A stretch of DNA of 63,053 nucleotides, counting the filler. It is 3 parts of 3 records of this genome, joined end to end, with 100 filler letters (N's around TTAATTAATTAA, not from the genome) between each part and the next. Parts side by side here need not be neighbours in the genome. Positions count along the whole stretch, not along the records: positions 26,397 to 45,343 come from SRR31156797_4818; positions 45,444 to 63,053 come from SRR31156797_4825; 1 more part is not named here. One strand, written 5' to 3'. Shown here in pieces: positions 37,929 to 47,193 of the stretch; position 1 is the first letter of the stretch, and each line of letters begins with the position of its first letter. The notes beneath the pieces are model-generated. The model worked only from the letters and a program-made list of their open reading frames with translations. It searched no databases and was not told where the DNA came from. The position numbers and the translations under genes were made by a program.

Positions 37929-39153
37929 TCGCTTTGAAAAGGAGATAAATCCGGAAAACATCAAAAAAGCGGAAATGGTGGTCTGTATCCCTTCCTACAA
38001 AGAAGCTGACGCCATCAGTTATCCCACCTCCCGGGCCGATGAAGGCCTGCGAAAATATTTCAGTGAGTATGACGCCGTCATCATCAATTGTGACAACAAC
38101 TCACCGGATCATACCCGGGAGGCCTTTCTGGAGACACCGACCCAAACACCTAAAATTTATCTTTCCACCGAACCGGGCCTTAAGGGGAAAGGCAATAACT
38201 TCAAGAACCTGTTTCAAAAGGTGGTGGACCTTAAAGCCGAGGCCGTGGTGGTGGTGGACGCTGATCTCAAGAGCATCACCCCCGAGTGGATCAAACATTT
38301 AGGCGAACCCCTTTTCAATGATTTCTCATACGTGGCACCCCTGTATATCCGACACAAATACGACGGCACCATTACCAACGGCATTGCCTATCCCATGACA
38401 AGGTCGCTCTACGGTAGACGGGTCCGTCAACCCATCGGCGGAGATTTCGGGTTCAGAGGGGAACTGGCGCCATTATATCTTGAAAGCAAAACCTGGAACG
38501 AAGCGGTGGCCAATTTCGGAATCGATATCTGGATGACCACCCTTGCCATGAACAATAAGGCTCAAATCTGTCAGGCTTTCATGGGAAGGCCAAAAATTCA
38601 CCGCACCAAGGATCCCGGGAGCGACCTGGGACCCATGTTTCGACAGGTGGTGGGGACCATCTTTTCCTTGATGAAAGAGTTTGCGCCTTATTGGCTCAAA
38701 GTGAAATACAGCCGCCCCACCGCCATATACGGGTTCGGTCTGGGCGAAACGGAAATGCCGCCTGATGTTTCCGTGAACCGGGAAAACCTGATGAACCAGT
38801 TTCACGGCGGGTTTGATAAATACAGTGACATATGGGAAAGGATACTGACACCGGATGTTTACAAAAAACTCCTGGAGATCAAAGACATGAAGCAACAGGA
38901 GTTCAGCTTTCCCACTGATCTGTGGGCCCGTTTGCTTTTTGACACGGCCGCGTCATACGGGGAGGTGGGCGTCAACAAGGATGCCACCATGGATTCGCTG
39001 ATCCCCCTCTATTTCGGCCGCACCCTTTCCTTTGTCATCAGAACGGAAAAAATGTCCATGAAACAGGCGGAAGAAGCCATTGAAGATGACTGTGCCACTT
39101 TTGAAACGGCAAAACCGTACCTCATTCAACGGTGGAACGAGAGGCATGGTTAA
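37921..39153 (+). CDS. Glucosylglycerate synthase-like GT2 glycosyltransferase
   Basis: IPSY, GKG, VDADLKSITPEW, PLY.RHKYDGTITN, RQPIGGDF, FGIDIWMTT, PLYFGR. Confidence 0.8.
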   Translation: MSDRFEKEINPENIKKAEMVVCIPSYKEADAISYPTSRADEGLRKYFSEYDAVIINCDNNSPDHTREAFLETPTQTPKIYLSTEPGLKGKGNNFKNLFQKVVDLKAEAVVVVDADLKSITPEWIKHLGEPLFNDFSYVAPLYIRHKYDGTITNGIAYPMTRSLYGRRVRQPIGGDFGFRGELAPLYLESKTWNEAVANFGIDIWMTTLAMNNKAQICQAFMGRPKIHRTKDPGSDLGPMFRQVVGTIFSLMKEFAPYWLKVKYSRPTAIYGFGLGETEMPPDVSVNRENLMNQFHGGFDKYSDIWERILTPDVYKKLLEIKDMKQQEFSFPTDLWARLLFDTAASYGEVGVNKDATMDSLIPLYFGRTLSFVIRTEKMSMKQAEEAIEDDCATFETAKPYLIQRWNERHG

Positions 39154-40502
39154 CGAACCAATAGAAACCTCACGTCCATGACATTGGTGTTGGTGGGGCC
39201 GGTCATGAGAAGGTCCCCGGTTTTTTCGAAAAAGTGGTAAGCGTCATTGTTGTTTAAAAAATCAACGGCCGACACCCCCGCTTTTCGGCCCCTTTCCACC
39301 GTATAGGGGTCCACTATGGCCCCCGCCGCATCCGTTGGTCCGTCATTGCCGTCGGTTCCCCCGCTTAATACAACCATCCTGTCGGGAAGTCCGGCGATTT
39401 CAACGGCCGAGGACAGACAAAACTCCTGATTCCTGCCGCCCAACCCCTTGCCCCGGATGGTCACGGTGGTTTCTCCCCCCGAAATAATACAGGCCGGTTT
39501 GGGGGTGGGCCTGCCACTCCGGCATATCTCTCGCGCAATGGCACAATGTACCCGGGCCACATCCCGGGTTTCCCCTTCGATCAAAGATGAAAGGATCAGG
39601 GTGTCATACCCGAACCCTTTGGCTTTTTTCTCCGCCGCTTCAAGGGCCAGGATATTGCTGCCCACGATGATGTTCGATACATACAGGAAAACCGGATCAC
39701 CTTCTTTGGGGGTATCGGGAATCCGACCCTGTGCGCCTTCTTCCAGGCGCCGAACAATCGTTCCGGGAACACCTTTTAATCCATATTTTTTTAGGATACC
39801 CAAAGCATCTTCAAAGGTGGAAGAATCCGGCACAAAAGGACCTGAGGCAATGACATCCATTTTATCCCCCACCACATCGGACAACATGAGGTTGACCACG
39901 GTGGCCGGAAAAGCGGCGCGGGCCATCTGCCCTCCCTTGGCGGCGGATATGTGCTTTCGAACCGCGTTGATTTCGTCAATGCCGGCCCCACAATCGAGCA
40001 GCATACCGGTTAAGGTCTGTTTCTCTCTAAGGGAGATCCCCTGAGCGGGTTGGCATAGCAATGCGGATCCACCGCCGGATATGAGTGAAATGATGAGGTC
40101 TTTGTCATTTGCTTTCGCCAGAAAATCCATAATGGCCGCAGTTCCCTTGACCCCGTTTTCATCGGGTAGGGGGTGACCGGCTTCAACGGTCCGGGTCACC
40201 GAAAGCTTTTCAGTGAAGCCATATTTCACATTGATCATCCCCGTCCGGATCCTCTCCCCCAGTAGCGCTTCCATGGCTTTGGCCATGGGTGCGGTGGCTT
40301 TCCCCCCCCCCACGAGGGAGATACGTTCAAATTGTTTCAGGTCAAGGAAGGCCTGTTCTTCCCCATCCTTTCCAAGGATGAGCTGGTCGTTTTCAACCCG
40401 CACAAAGTTATTCACGGCCCCGTAGGGGTTCACAGGGCGCAGCGACTCCCTGAATATGGCTTTGGCTTCGGCGTGCATCTGTTTCAGGAGGTATTCATCC
40501 AT
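39150..40502 (-). CDS. Glycerate 2-kinase (MOFRL/TtuD family)
   Basis: GKA, EAGHPLPD, LISGGGSAL, GGETTV, GGRNQE, TDGNDGPT, TGPTNTNVMD. Confidence 0.92.
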   Translation of the reverse strand: MDEYLLKQMHAEAKAIFRESLRPVNPYGAVNNFVRVENDQLILGKDGEEQAFLDLKQFERISLVGGGKATAPMAKAMEALLGERIRTGMINVKYGFTEKLSVTRTVEAGHPLPDENGVKGTAAIMDFLAKANDKDLIISLISGGGSALLCQPAQGISLREKQTLTGMLLDCGAGIDEINAVRKHISAAKGGQMARAAFPATVVNLMLSDVVGDKMDVIASGPFVPDSSTFEDALGILKKYGLKGVPGTIVRRLEEGAQGRIPDTPKEGDPVFLYVSNIIVGSNILALEAAEKKAKGFGYDTLILSSLIEGETRDVARVHCAIAREICRSGRPTPKPACIISGGETTVTIRGKGLGGRNQEFCLSSAVEIAGLPDRMVVLSGGTDGNDGPTDAAGAIVDPYTVERGRKAGVSAVDFLNNNDAYHFFEKTGDLLMTGPTNTNVMDVRFLLVR

Positions 40503-40816
40503 TTTTGGTTCCTCATATTCAATTCTGTGAAAAAACCTAATTTTTTCGGTTCAGAAGTTCTGGGTTCAACATTCAGCATTTAGAAGAAAGTGTACCTCAT
40601 TTTATTTCGAAAGAAAAGTCCTTGCCTGTCGTTCACATTGAAGGAACGGTTTTCGTTCTTGACACAGGGGTTCCATTTTATCTAATATCCGACAATCCAA
40701 TTTCAGTTAAAATGAAACCTCCGATCTTTTGACAAAACAATTCAGGGACCGTTTCAAATTTTTCGACAATACGTCGAAATCAGAACCAACCCACAGATTA
40801 AACAAAGGAGCCTCGT

Positions 40817-43800
40817 ATGCCGAAGCGTGACGACATCAACAAGGTAATGATCATCAGTTCCGGACCCATCATCATCGGGCAGGCCTGTGAATTTGACTAT
40901 TCCGGAACCCAGGCCTGCAAGGCCCTTCGGAAACTGGGCTATGAAATCGTTCTGGCCAATTCAAATCCCGCCACCATTATGACGGACCCGGGTATGGCGG
41001 AAGCCACCTACATTGAGGCCCTCAATGTACAGACCATGACCGAGATCATCGAAAAGGAGCGACCGGACGCACTGCTCCCCAATCTTGGCGGTCAGACAGG
41101 CCTCAATCTTTCCTCGGCACTGGCGGAAACAGGCGTTTTGGACAAATATGGCGTTAAAATCATAGGTGTTGAGGTGGATGCCATTAAACGGGGCGAAGAC
41201 CGCATCGCCTTCAAAGCCACCATGGATAAACTGGGCATTGAAATGTGCCAAAGCGAACCCGCGTTCAGTGTTGAAGAAGCGGAAAAGATCGCCGAGAAGC
41301 TAGGTTATCCCGTGGTGATCAGGCCCGCCTACACCATGGGCGGTACGGGCGGAGGATTGGTTTACAACGTGGAAGAACTTCGGCTCATCGCCGCCCGTGG
41401 CATTTCCGCCAGTTTTGTGAACCAGATTCTGGTGGAAGAATCCGTGCTGGGCTGGGAGGAGCTTGAACTAGAAGTGGTCCGCGACGCCAAAGACCAGAAG
41501 ATCACGGTCTGCTTTATCGAAAATGTGGATGCCATGGGCGTTCACACCGGCGATTCCTACTGTACGGCTCCCATGCTGACCATCGATCCGGAACTTCAGA
41601 AAAGACTTCAGAAATACTCTTATGATATTGTGGATGCCATCAAGGTCATCGGCGGCACCAACGTTCAATTCGCCCACGATCCCAAAACCGGACGGGTGGT
41701 GGTCATCGAAATCAACCCGAGGACAAGCCGGTCTTCAGCCCTCGCTTCAAAAGCCACCGGTTTTCCCATTGCCCTGGTATCCGCCATGCTGGCGGGAGGA
41801 CTTACCCTGGATGAGATTCCCTACTGGCGTGAAGGAACCCTGGACAAATATACCCCATGGGGAGATTACGTGGTGGTTAAATTCGCCCGGTGGGCCTTTG
41901 AAAAATTTGATGGCTCCGAGGACAAACTGGGCACCCAGATGCGCGCCGTGGGTGAAGTCATGAGCATCGGCAAAAACTACAAGGAAGCTTTCCAGAAAGC
42001 CATCCGTTCCCTGGAAAACGGCCGTTATGGACTGGGGTTTGCCAAGGATTTCCACGAAAAATCGTTGGAAGACCTCTTGGATCTTCTGGCTGAGGCCACC
42101 AGCGAACGCCAGTTTATTATGTATGAAGCCCTCCGGAAAGGGGCCGGCGTGGAGGATCTTCACCGGAAAACCCATATCAAACAATGGTTTATTGAACAGA
42201 TGAAAGAGCTGGTGGCGCTGGAGGAAAAGATCCTTGCCCATAAAGGGAAAGATCTGCCGGATGCCCTTTTGATACAGGCCAAAAAAGACGGTTTTTCGGA
42301 TCGATATCTGTCTCAAATCCTGGCGGTGCCTGAAAAAGAGATCCGTGAGAAACGGATCGTTCTGGAGATGGTGGAGGGCTGGGAACCGGTTCCCGTCAGC
42401 GGCGTTGAAAATGCGGCCTATTATTTCTCAACCTATAACGCGCCGGATCAGGTGGATAAAAGCGACCGAAAGAAAATCATGGTGCTGGGGGGCGGCCCCA
42501 ACAGGATCGGCCAGGGCATCGAATTTGACTATTGCTGCGTACATGCAGCCTTTTCCATTAAGGATGAAGGGTTTGAAGCCATCATGGTGAACTGTAACCC
42601 GGAAACCGTATCCACGGACTACGACACCTCGGACAAGCTTTACTTTGAACCTTTGACCGTGGAGGACGTACTCAGCATTTACGAAAAAGAAAAGCCGGAA
42701 GGGGTGGTTGTGCAGTTCGGCGGCCAAACCCCCTTGAACATTGCCGCTGAACTCGCCGAAGCCGGGGTTAAAATTATCGGCACGTCGCCTGAAGCCATCA
42801 ATCTTGCCGAAGATCGTGATCAGTTCAGAATCATGATGCAAAACTTAGGCATACCGCAGCCGGAGTCGGGCATGGCCAGCACCCTGGAAGAAGCCCTTGA
42901 AATTGCGGAGAGGATCGGTTATCCCCTCATGGTCAGGCCGAGCTACGTACTGGGGGGCCGGGGAATGGAAGTGGTTCACGATGAGGAAATGCTCAAACAC
43001 TACGTGGCCGCTGCCGTTGACGTGAGCCCGGAAAGACCCATCCTCATTGATAAATTCCTGGAGAACGCCATAGAGGCCGAAGCCGATGCCATCAGTGACG
43101 GCACCGATGCCTATGTACCGGCGGTCATGGAACATATTGAACTTGCGGGGGTCCATTCAGGGGATTCCGCCTGTGTGATTCCACCCATCAGCATCGCGGC
43201 CAAACACCTGGATACCATCTACGAATATACCCGAAGAATCGCCATCGAGCTGAATGTGGTGGGACTGATGAATATCCAGTATGCCATTGCCGATGACACG
43301 GTCTATATCCTGGAAGCCAATCCTCGGGCATCACGAACGGTTCCGCTGGTCTCCAAAGTGTGCAATATTTCCATGGCGCGGATTGCCACCCAGTTGATGC
43401 TGGGCAAGAAACTGAAGGATTTGGGCATCAAAACCAAGAATATTCCCCACTACGGCGTCAAGGAAGCGGTCTTTCCCTTTAACATGTTTCCGGAGGTGGA
43501 TCCGCTCCTGGGACCTGAAATGCGGTCCACCGGAGAAGTGTTGGGCATGGCCGACTCCTTCGGCCTGGCCTATTACAAAGCACAGGAAGCCACCCAGTCG
43601 GTGCTTCCGGATCAAGGCGGTGTTTTGCTGACCGTATCGGATGCGGACCGACCGGCCGTGGGGGAAGTGGCCCGGCAGCTTGACCAGCTGGGCTTCACAA
43701 TCATGGCCACCAACGGCACCCACCGGTTTTTAAATGAGTGCGGCATTGAATCCAAGCGCATCCTGAAGATGCACGAGGGTCGACCCAATATTGTTGATGC

Positions 43801-44017
43801 CATCAAAAACAATGAGATTCAACTGGTGATCAACACCCCCAGCGGCAAATTGAGCAAGCATGATGATTCGTATATTCGAAAAACCGCCATCAAATTCAAA
43901 ATCCCTTATATTACGACGCTTTCCGCCGCACTGGCCGCTGCGCGGGGAATTGCCGCCAAACACAGGGGTCACGGGGCGGTAAAATCCCTTCAGGACTACC
44001 ACCGGGATATCAAATAG
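40817..44017 (+). CDS. carB: Carbamoyl-phosphate synthase large subunit
   Basis: MPKR, GQACEFDYSG, GPNRIGQGIEFDY, two ATP-grasp halves, MGS-like C-terminal domain. Confidence 0.97.
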   Translation: MPKRDDINKVMIISSGPIIIGQACEFDYSGTQACKALRKLGYEIVLANSNPATIMTDPGMAEATYIEALNVQTMTEIIEKERPDALLPNLGGQTGLNLSSALAETGVLDKYGVKIIGVEVDAIKRGEDRIAFKATMDKLGIEMCQSEPAFSVEEAEKIAEKLGYPVVIRPAYTMGGTGGGLVYNVEELRLIAARGISASFVNQILVEESVLGWEELELEVVRDAKDQKITVCFIENVDAMGVHTGDSYCTAPMLTIDPELQKRLQKYSYDIVDAIKVIGGTNVQFAHDPKTGRVVVIEINPRTSRSSALASKATGFPIALVSAMLAGGLTLDEIPYWREGTLDKYTPWGDYVVVKFARWAFEKFDGSEDKLGTQMRAVGEVMSIGKNYKEAFQKAIRSLENGRYGLGFAKDFHEKSLEDLLDLLAEATSERQFIMYEALRKGAGVEDLHRKTHIKQWFIEQMKELVALEEKILAHKGKDLPDALLIQAKKDGFSDRYLSQILAVPEKEIREKRIVLEMVEGWEPVPVSGVENAAYYFSTYNAPDQVDKSDRKKIMVLGGGPNRIGQGIEFDYCCVHAAFSIKDEGFEAIMVNCNPETVSTDYDTSDKLYFEPLTVEDVLSIYEKEKPEGVVVQFGGQTPLNIAAELAEAGVKIIGTSPEAINLAEDRDQFRIMMQNLGIPQPESGMASTLEEALEIAERIGYPLMVRPSYVLGGRGMEVVHDEEMLKHYVAAAVDVSPERPILIDKFLENAIEAEADAISDGTDAYVPAVMEHIELAGVHSGDSACVIPPISIAAKHLDTIYEYTRRIAIELNVVGLMNIQYAIADDTVYILEANPRASRTVPLVSKVCNISMARIATQLMLGKKLKDLGIKTKNIPHYGVKEAVFPFNMFPEVDPLLGPEMRSTGEVLGMADSFGLAYYKAQEATQSVLPDQGGVLLTVSDADRPAVGEVARQLDQLGFTIMATNGTHRFLNECGIESKRILKMHEGRPNIVDAIKNNEIQLVINTPSGKLSKHDDSYIRKTAIKFKIPYITTLSAALAAARGIAAKHRGHGAVKSLQDYHRDIK

Positions 44018-44039
44018 AGGCATAAAAAAAGGAAACATT

Positions 44040-45343
44040 ATGGATGGAATTGTAGGGATTTACAGTCCGGAAGATGATGAACTGGTAAACAAGGCCTTTC
44101 TCGCCACCGGTGCCTGTCAGCATCGGGGAAAAGCCAGCACCGGGCTGGCCGTGGGAAACAGCCGAGGCATTTATATTTATAAAGGCCTCGGACGTATCGC
44201 AGAGGTCATTGATCGGGACATTGCCAGAACCTTTCAACACCTCTCCCCCGTGGCCGCCATCGGCAATATCGGATACACCAAGCAAAGGATTCCTGAAAAG
44301 ATCAATGTGGAGCCCATCGAGATTCGGCCTAAAACAACCTCCACATTGAAGCTGGTTCTGACCATGGATGGATATCTCATCAAGGAAGACGACCTCAAGG
44401 CCGAACTCGACCCCCATTACCGTTTTCAAACCAACAACAAAACCGAGGTGGTGGGAGCACTGCTGCATCAATATATACGCCAGGAAGGTATCAGCTTTGC
44501 CGCCGGCGAAAGGCTCCTTGACAAACTGAGCGGCAGGGGCACTTTTGCCCTGACCGCCCTGGTTCATGATGGCACTGAAACCCATTTGATCGCCTTAAAT
44601 GACGACAAGGCCTTTGAGCCCTTCTGCCATGCCACCATTGACGGTGCTTTTGTGGCTTGCTCCGAATCCTGCTCCCACCGACGATTGGGGGGAACCACGG
44701 AAAAGGAATACAACAGCGCAGAAATGACCATCTGTTCATCGAAAGGCATTGAAACTCGCCGTTTAATGAACAAACCCATCATGCCGGATATTTTCCAGGG
44801 GGTTTATTTCGGCAATGTGGCTTCAATGTTTCGGGGAAAAGAGGTCTTTCAGATTCGAAGAGAATTGGGTCTGGGGTTGACAAAACAGTATCCGGCGTCA
44901 AGGGCCGACGTGGTCATCCCCAATCCTGAATCGGGATGGGGCGTCACCGTGGGTGTTGCGGAAGGTCTGGATAAACAGTTGCTCCCGGCACTGATCAAAC
45001 TCCCCCAGGCAGTGAGAACATTTCAGGAAGACGCCCGAAAAACCAGAGCCCAGGAGGTGGGTCTAAAATTCGGGGGCATTGATTCCCTTCTGAAGGCAAA
45101 AAATGTCGCCATGGGCGATGACAGCATTGTGCGTGGCACCGTAAGTGAAGGCGGCTCAGTTTGGGTGGTTTACAATGCCGGCGCAAAATTCGTAGAATTC
45201 TGGATATCCTACGGCCCCATGCTTTTCCCCTCTTTCAAGGAATGGCACCGTGGCGTGGACTGTCTTCACGAACTGGCTGCCAGACGTGCTTTTCCTGACG
45301 GTAACCCCTATGACAAAAACCTGGATGAAATCAATGGCGCCGT
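44040..45343 (+). CDS. Amidophosphoribosyltransferase-like protein lacking the N-terminal catalytic Cys; 3' end cut by contig end
   Basis: MDGIVGI...QHRG Ntn fold, RRELG..L, PNPESG, RTF, DDSIVRGT PRPP loop. Confidence 0.8.
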
Positions 45344-45443
45344 NNNNNNNNNNNNNNNNNNNNNNNNNNNNNNNNNNNNNNNNNNNNTTAATTAATTAAN
45401 NNNNNNNNNNNNNNNNNNNNNNNNNNNNNNNNNNNNNNNNNNN
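45344..45443. other. Artificial contig spacer
   Basis: N44-TTAATTAATTAA-N44. Confidence 0.99.
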
Positions 45444-46070
45444 CCTGGCTCCGGTCATCGCGGCGATCTGGACCGGATCGTATTGACAGGTATCGAACCC
45501 GTCCGGGTGGTTGCCGAAAACGCCGATGCGCACTTTCTTCAGGGCTTCGACGATTTTGGCGCCGCCGGCGTCGTCGGTTTCGACGTTCCCCGCCGCCGGC
45601 GAAAACCCGGACGATCCAGTCCGCGAAACCAGGGTCGTCAGATCGTCTTCGATGCCGGGTGCGTCGGGCGTTGCGAAAAGATAACCGACATCCTTGCCGG
45701 CCTTGCCCAACGCGTGGGCGGCCAGGTTGATGCCGCAAAGGGAATTGAGCCGCAACCGCCCGCCGGTGCGCGGTTCCGGGTATCCCCAAAGGGCGATGGG
45801 GGCGTCGATTTCATTGGCCAGCGCGACGGTCATGACTGCATCGGTGAAGGTCACCTGCAGCAGCAGCAGCACATCCAACGGCTGGGCCTTCAAGGCCGGC
45901 AGCGCCGCGGTGACCATATCGGCGTCGAAACACAATTCGCGCGGGCCGATGATGGTGATATCGAGGCCATCGAGCCGGGCGAAGGCGGCGGCGGTGATTT
46001 CCTCGGCAAAGGGAACGTCGAAGGTCGTTCTGCCGAGGGCGACCACGCCGACGGTTGGAGATGCGTTCAT
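45444..46070 (-). CDS. L-fucose/L-arabinose isomerase-like protein (3' truncated)
   Basis: GRTTFDV, QVTFTDA, EPRTGGRLRLNSLCG, HPDGF. Confidence 0.7.
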
Positions 46071-47128
46071 TTGGCCTCACCAAATCCAGCATAAGCGTTG
46101 CGAAAACCCGCACCTTTGCCGGCAAGCCCGACCGAACCGCCGAAGGCGGCATTGTCGAACCAGGGCGTCGCCGCGGCATCGGTCAGGGCGTTTAGGTCGT
46201 TCATATAGGGAACGCCCGACGCGCGCAGTTCGGCGGCCATGGCGTCCAGGTCCGGGAAGTGCAAAAAGGCCGTCCACCAGATTGCCCGACCGGCGAGGTA
46301 CCCGGACGCCCCGGCGTTAAACGCATAGCGCAGGACATGCTTGAATTCGGCCATGCCGGCGCCGGCCGAAAGCATCACCCAGGGCCGTCCGGCCAAACGG
46401 CCCAGTTCGTCGAACAGGGCCTGGGTGGTCTCGATTTCGGCAGCATCGCCACCGTCGGGATCGGCGATGGCGGCGGCCGGCACCGGGCTTTCCAGCTTGA
46501 AGACATCGATGCCGAATTCCGGCGCGGCGAAGGTTTCGACGCTTTTCAGCACCAGTTCCGGGTGCTTACCCTTGTGCTCGATATAGTCGGTCGTCTGGTC
46601 GGCCTCGCCCGGCAACGGATAGACCAGAAGCTCGAAAACGAAGGGGATGTCGTAGCGTCGGCATTCGTCGCCGATCTTTCGCACGTAATCCTGCTGGCGG
46701 GTGCAGATTTCGGCCGAAGCATCGGGCCGGTACCAGGCCAGCACCTTGACCGCGTCGGCGCCGCTGCGTTTGATTTTCTCGACGCTCCAATGATCGATCT
46801 CGGAACTCAGCCGGCCGTGCGGCGTTTCCTCGAACAACGAATCCTCGAGCGTTGCGATGACGCCCTGCGACGGGCTGACATGTTCGATCGCCTGCGGATA
46901 GGCGACATGCGGATCGAGCAGCACGGCCGAGCTGTACGGCGCCAGTTCGCGGGTCAGGATGATCTTGACGGCGGCGACGTCTTCATAGGCCGCTTCGTCG
47001 ACCTTGCGCTGCGCCATGATGTAATTCTTGATCGGCGGACGCTGGTCGACGGCGGTCATCTTGAAACGACCGTTGCCGTCGGCGAGGCGGCGGATGCCCC
47101 AAAGTTTACCCGCGGACAGTTCGACCAT
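46067..47128 (-). CDS. lacD: Tagatose-1,6-bisphosphate aldolase-like class I aldolase
   Basis: AVDQR, AVLLDP, GADAVKVL, DVFKLE Schiff-base Lys, WVMLSAG, GASGYLAGRAIW. Confidence 0.82.
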   Translation of the reverse strand: MVELSAGKLWGIRRLADGNGRFKMTAVDQRPPIKNYIMAQRKVDEAAYEDVAAVKIILTRELAPYSSAVLLDPHVAYPQAIEHVSPSQGVIATLEDSLFEETPHGRLSSEIDHWSVEKIKRSGADAVKVLAWYRPDASAEICTRQQDYVRKIGDECRRYDIPFVFELLVYPLPGEADQTTDYIEHKGKHPELVLKSVETFAAPEFGIDVFKLESPVPAAAIADPDGGDAAEIETTQALFDELGRLAGRPWVMLSAGAGMAEFKHVLRYAFNAGASGYLAGRAIWWTAFLHFPDLDAMAAELRASGVPYMNDLNALTDAAATPWFDNAAFGGSVGLAGKGAGFRNAYAGFGEAK

Positions 47129-47193
47129 TTATTTGGTGCTCCTGGTGGTTCGGCGGCGGCCGTCGCTTCTGCCGGGCTGTTGGGCCGTGATTG

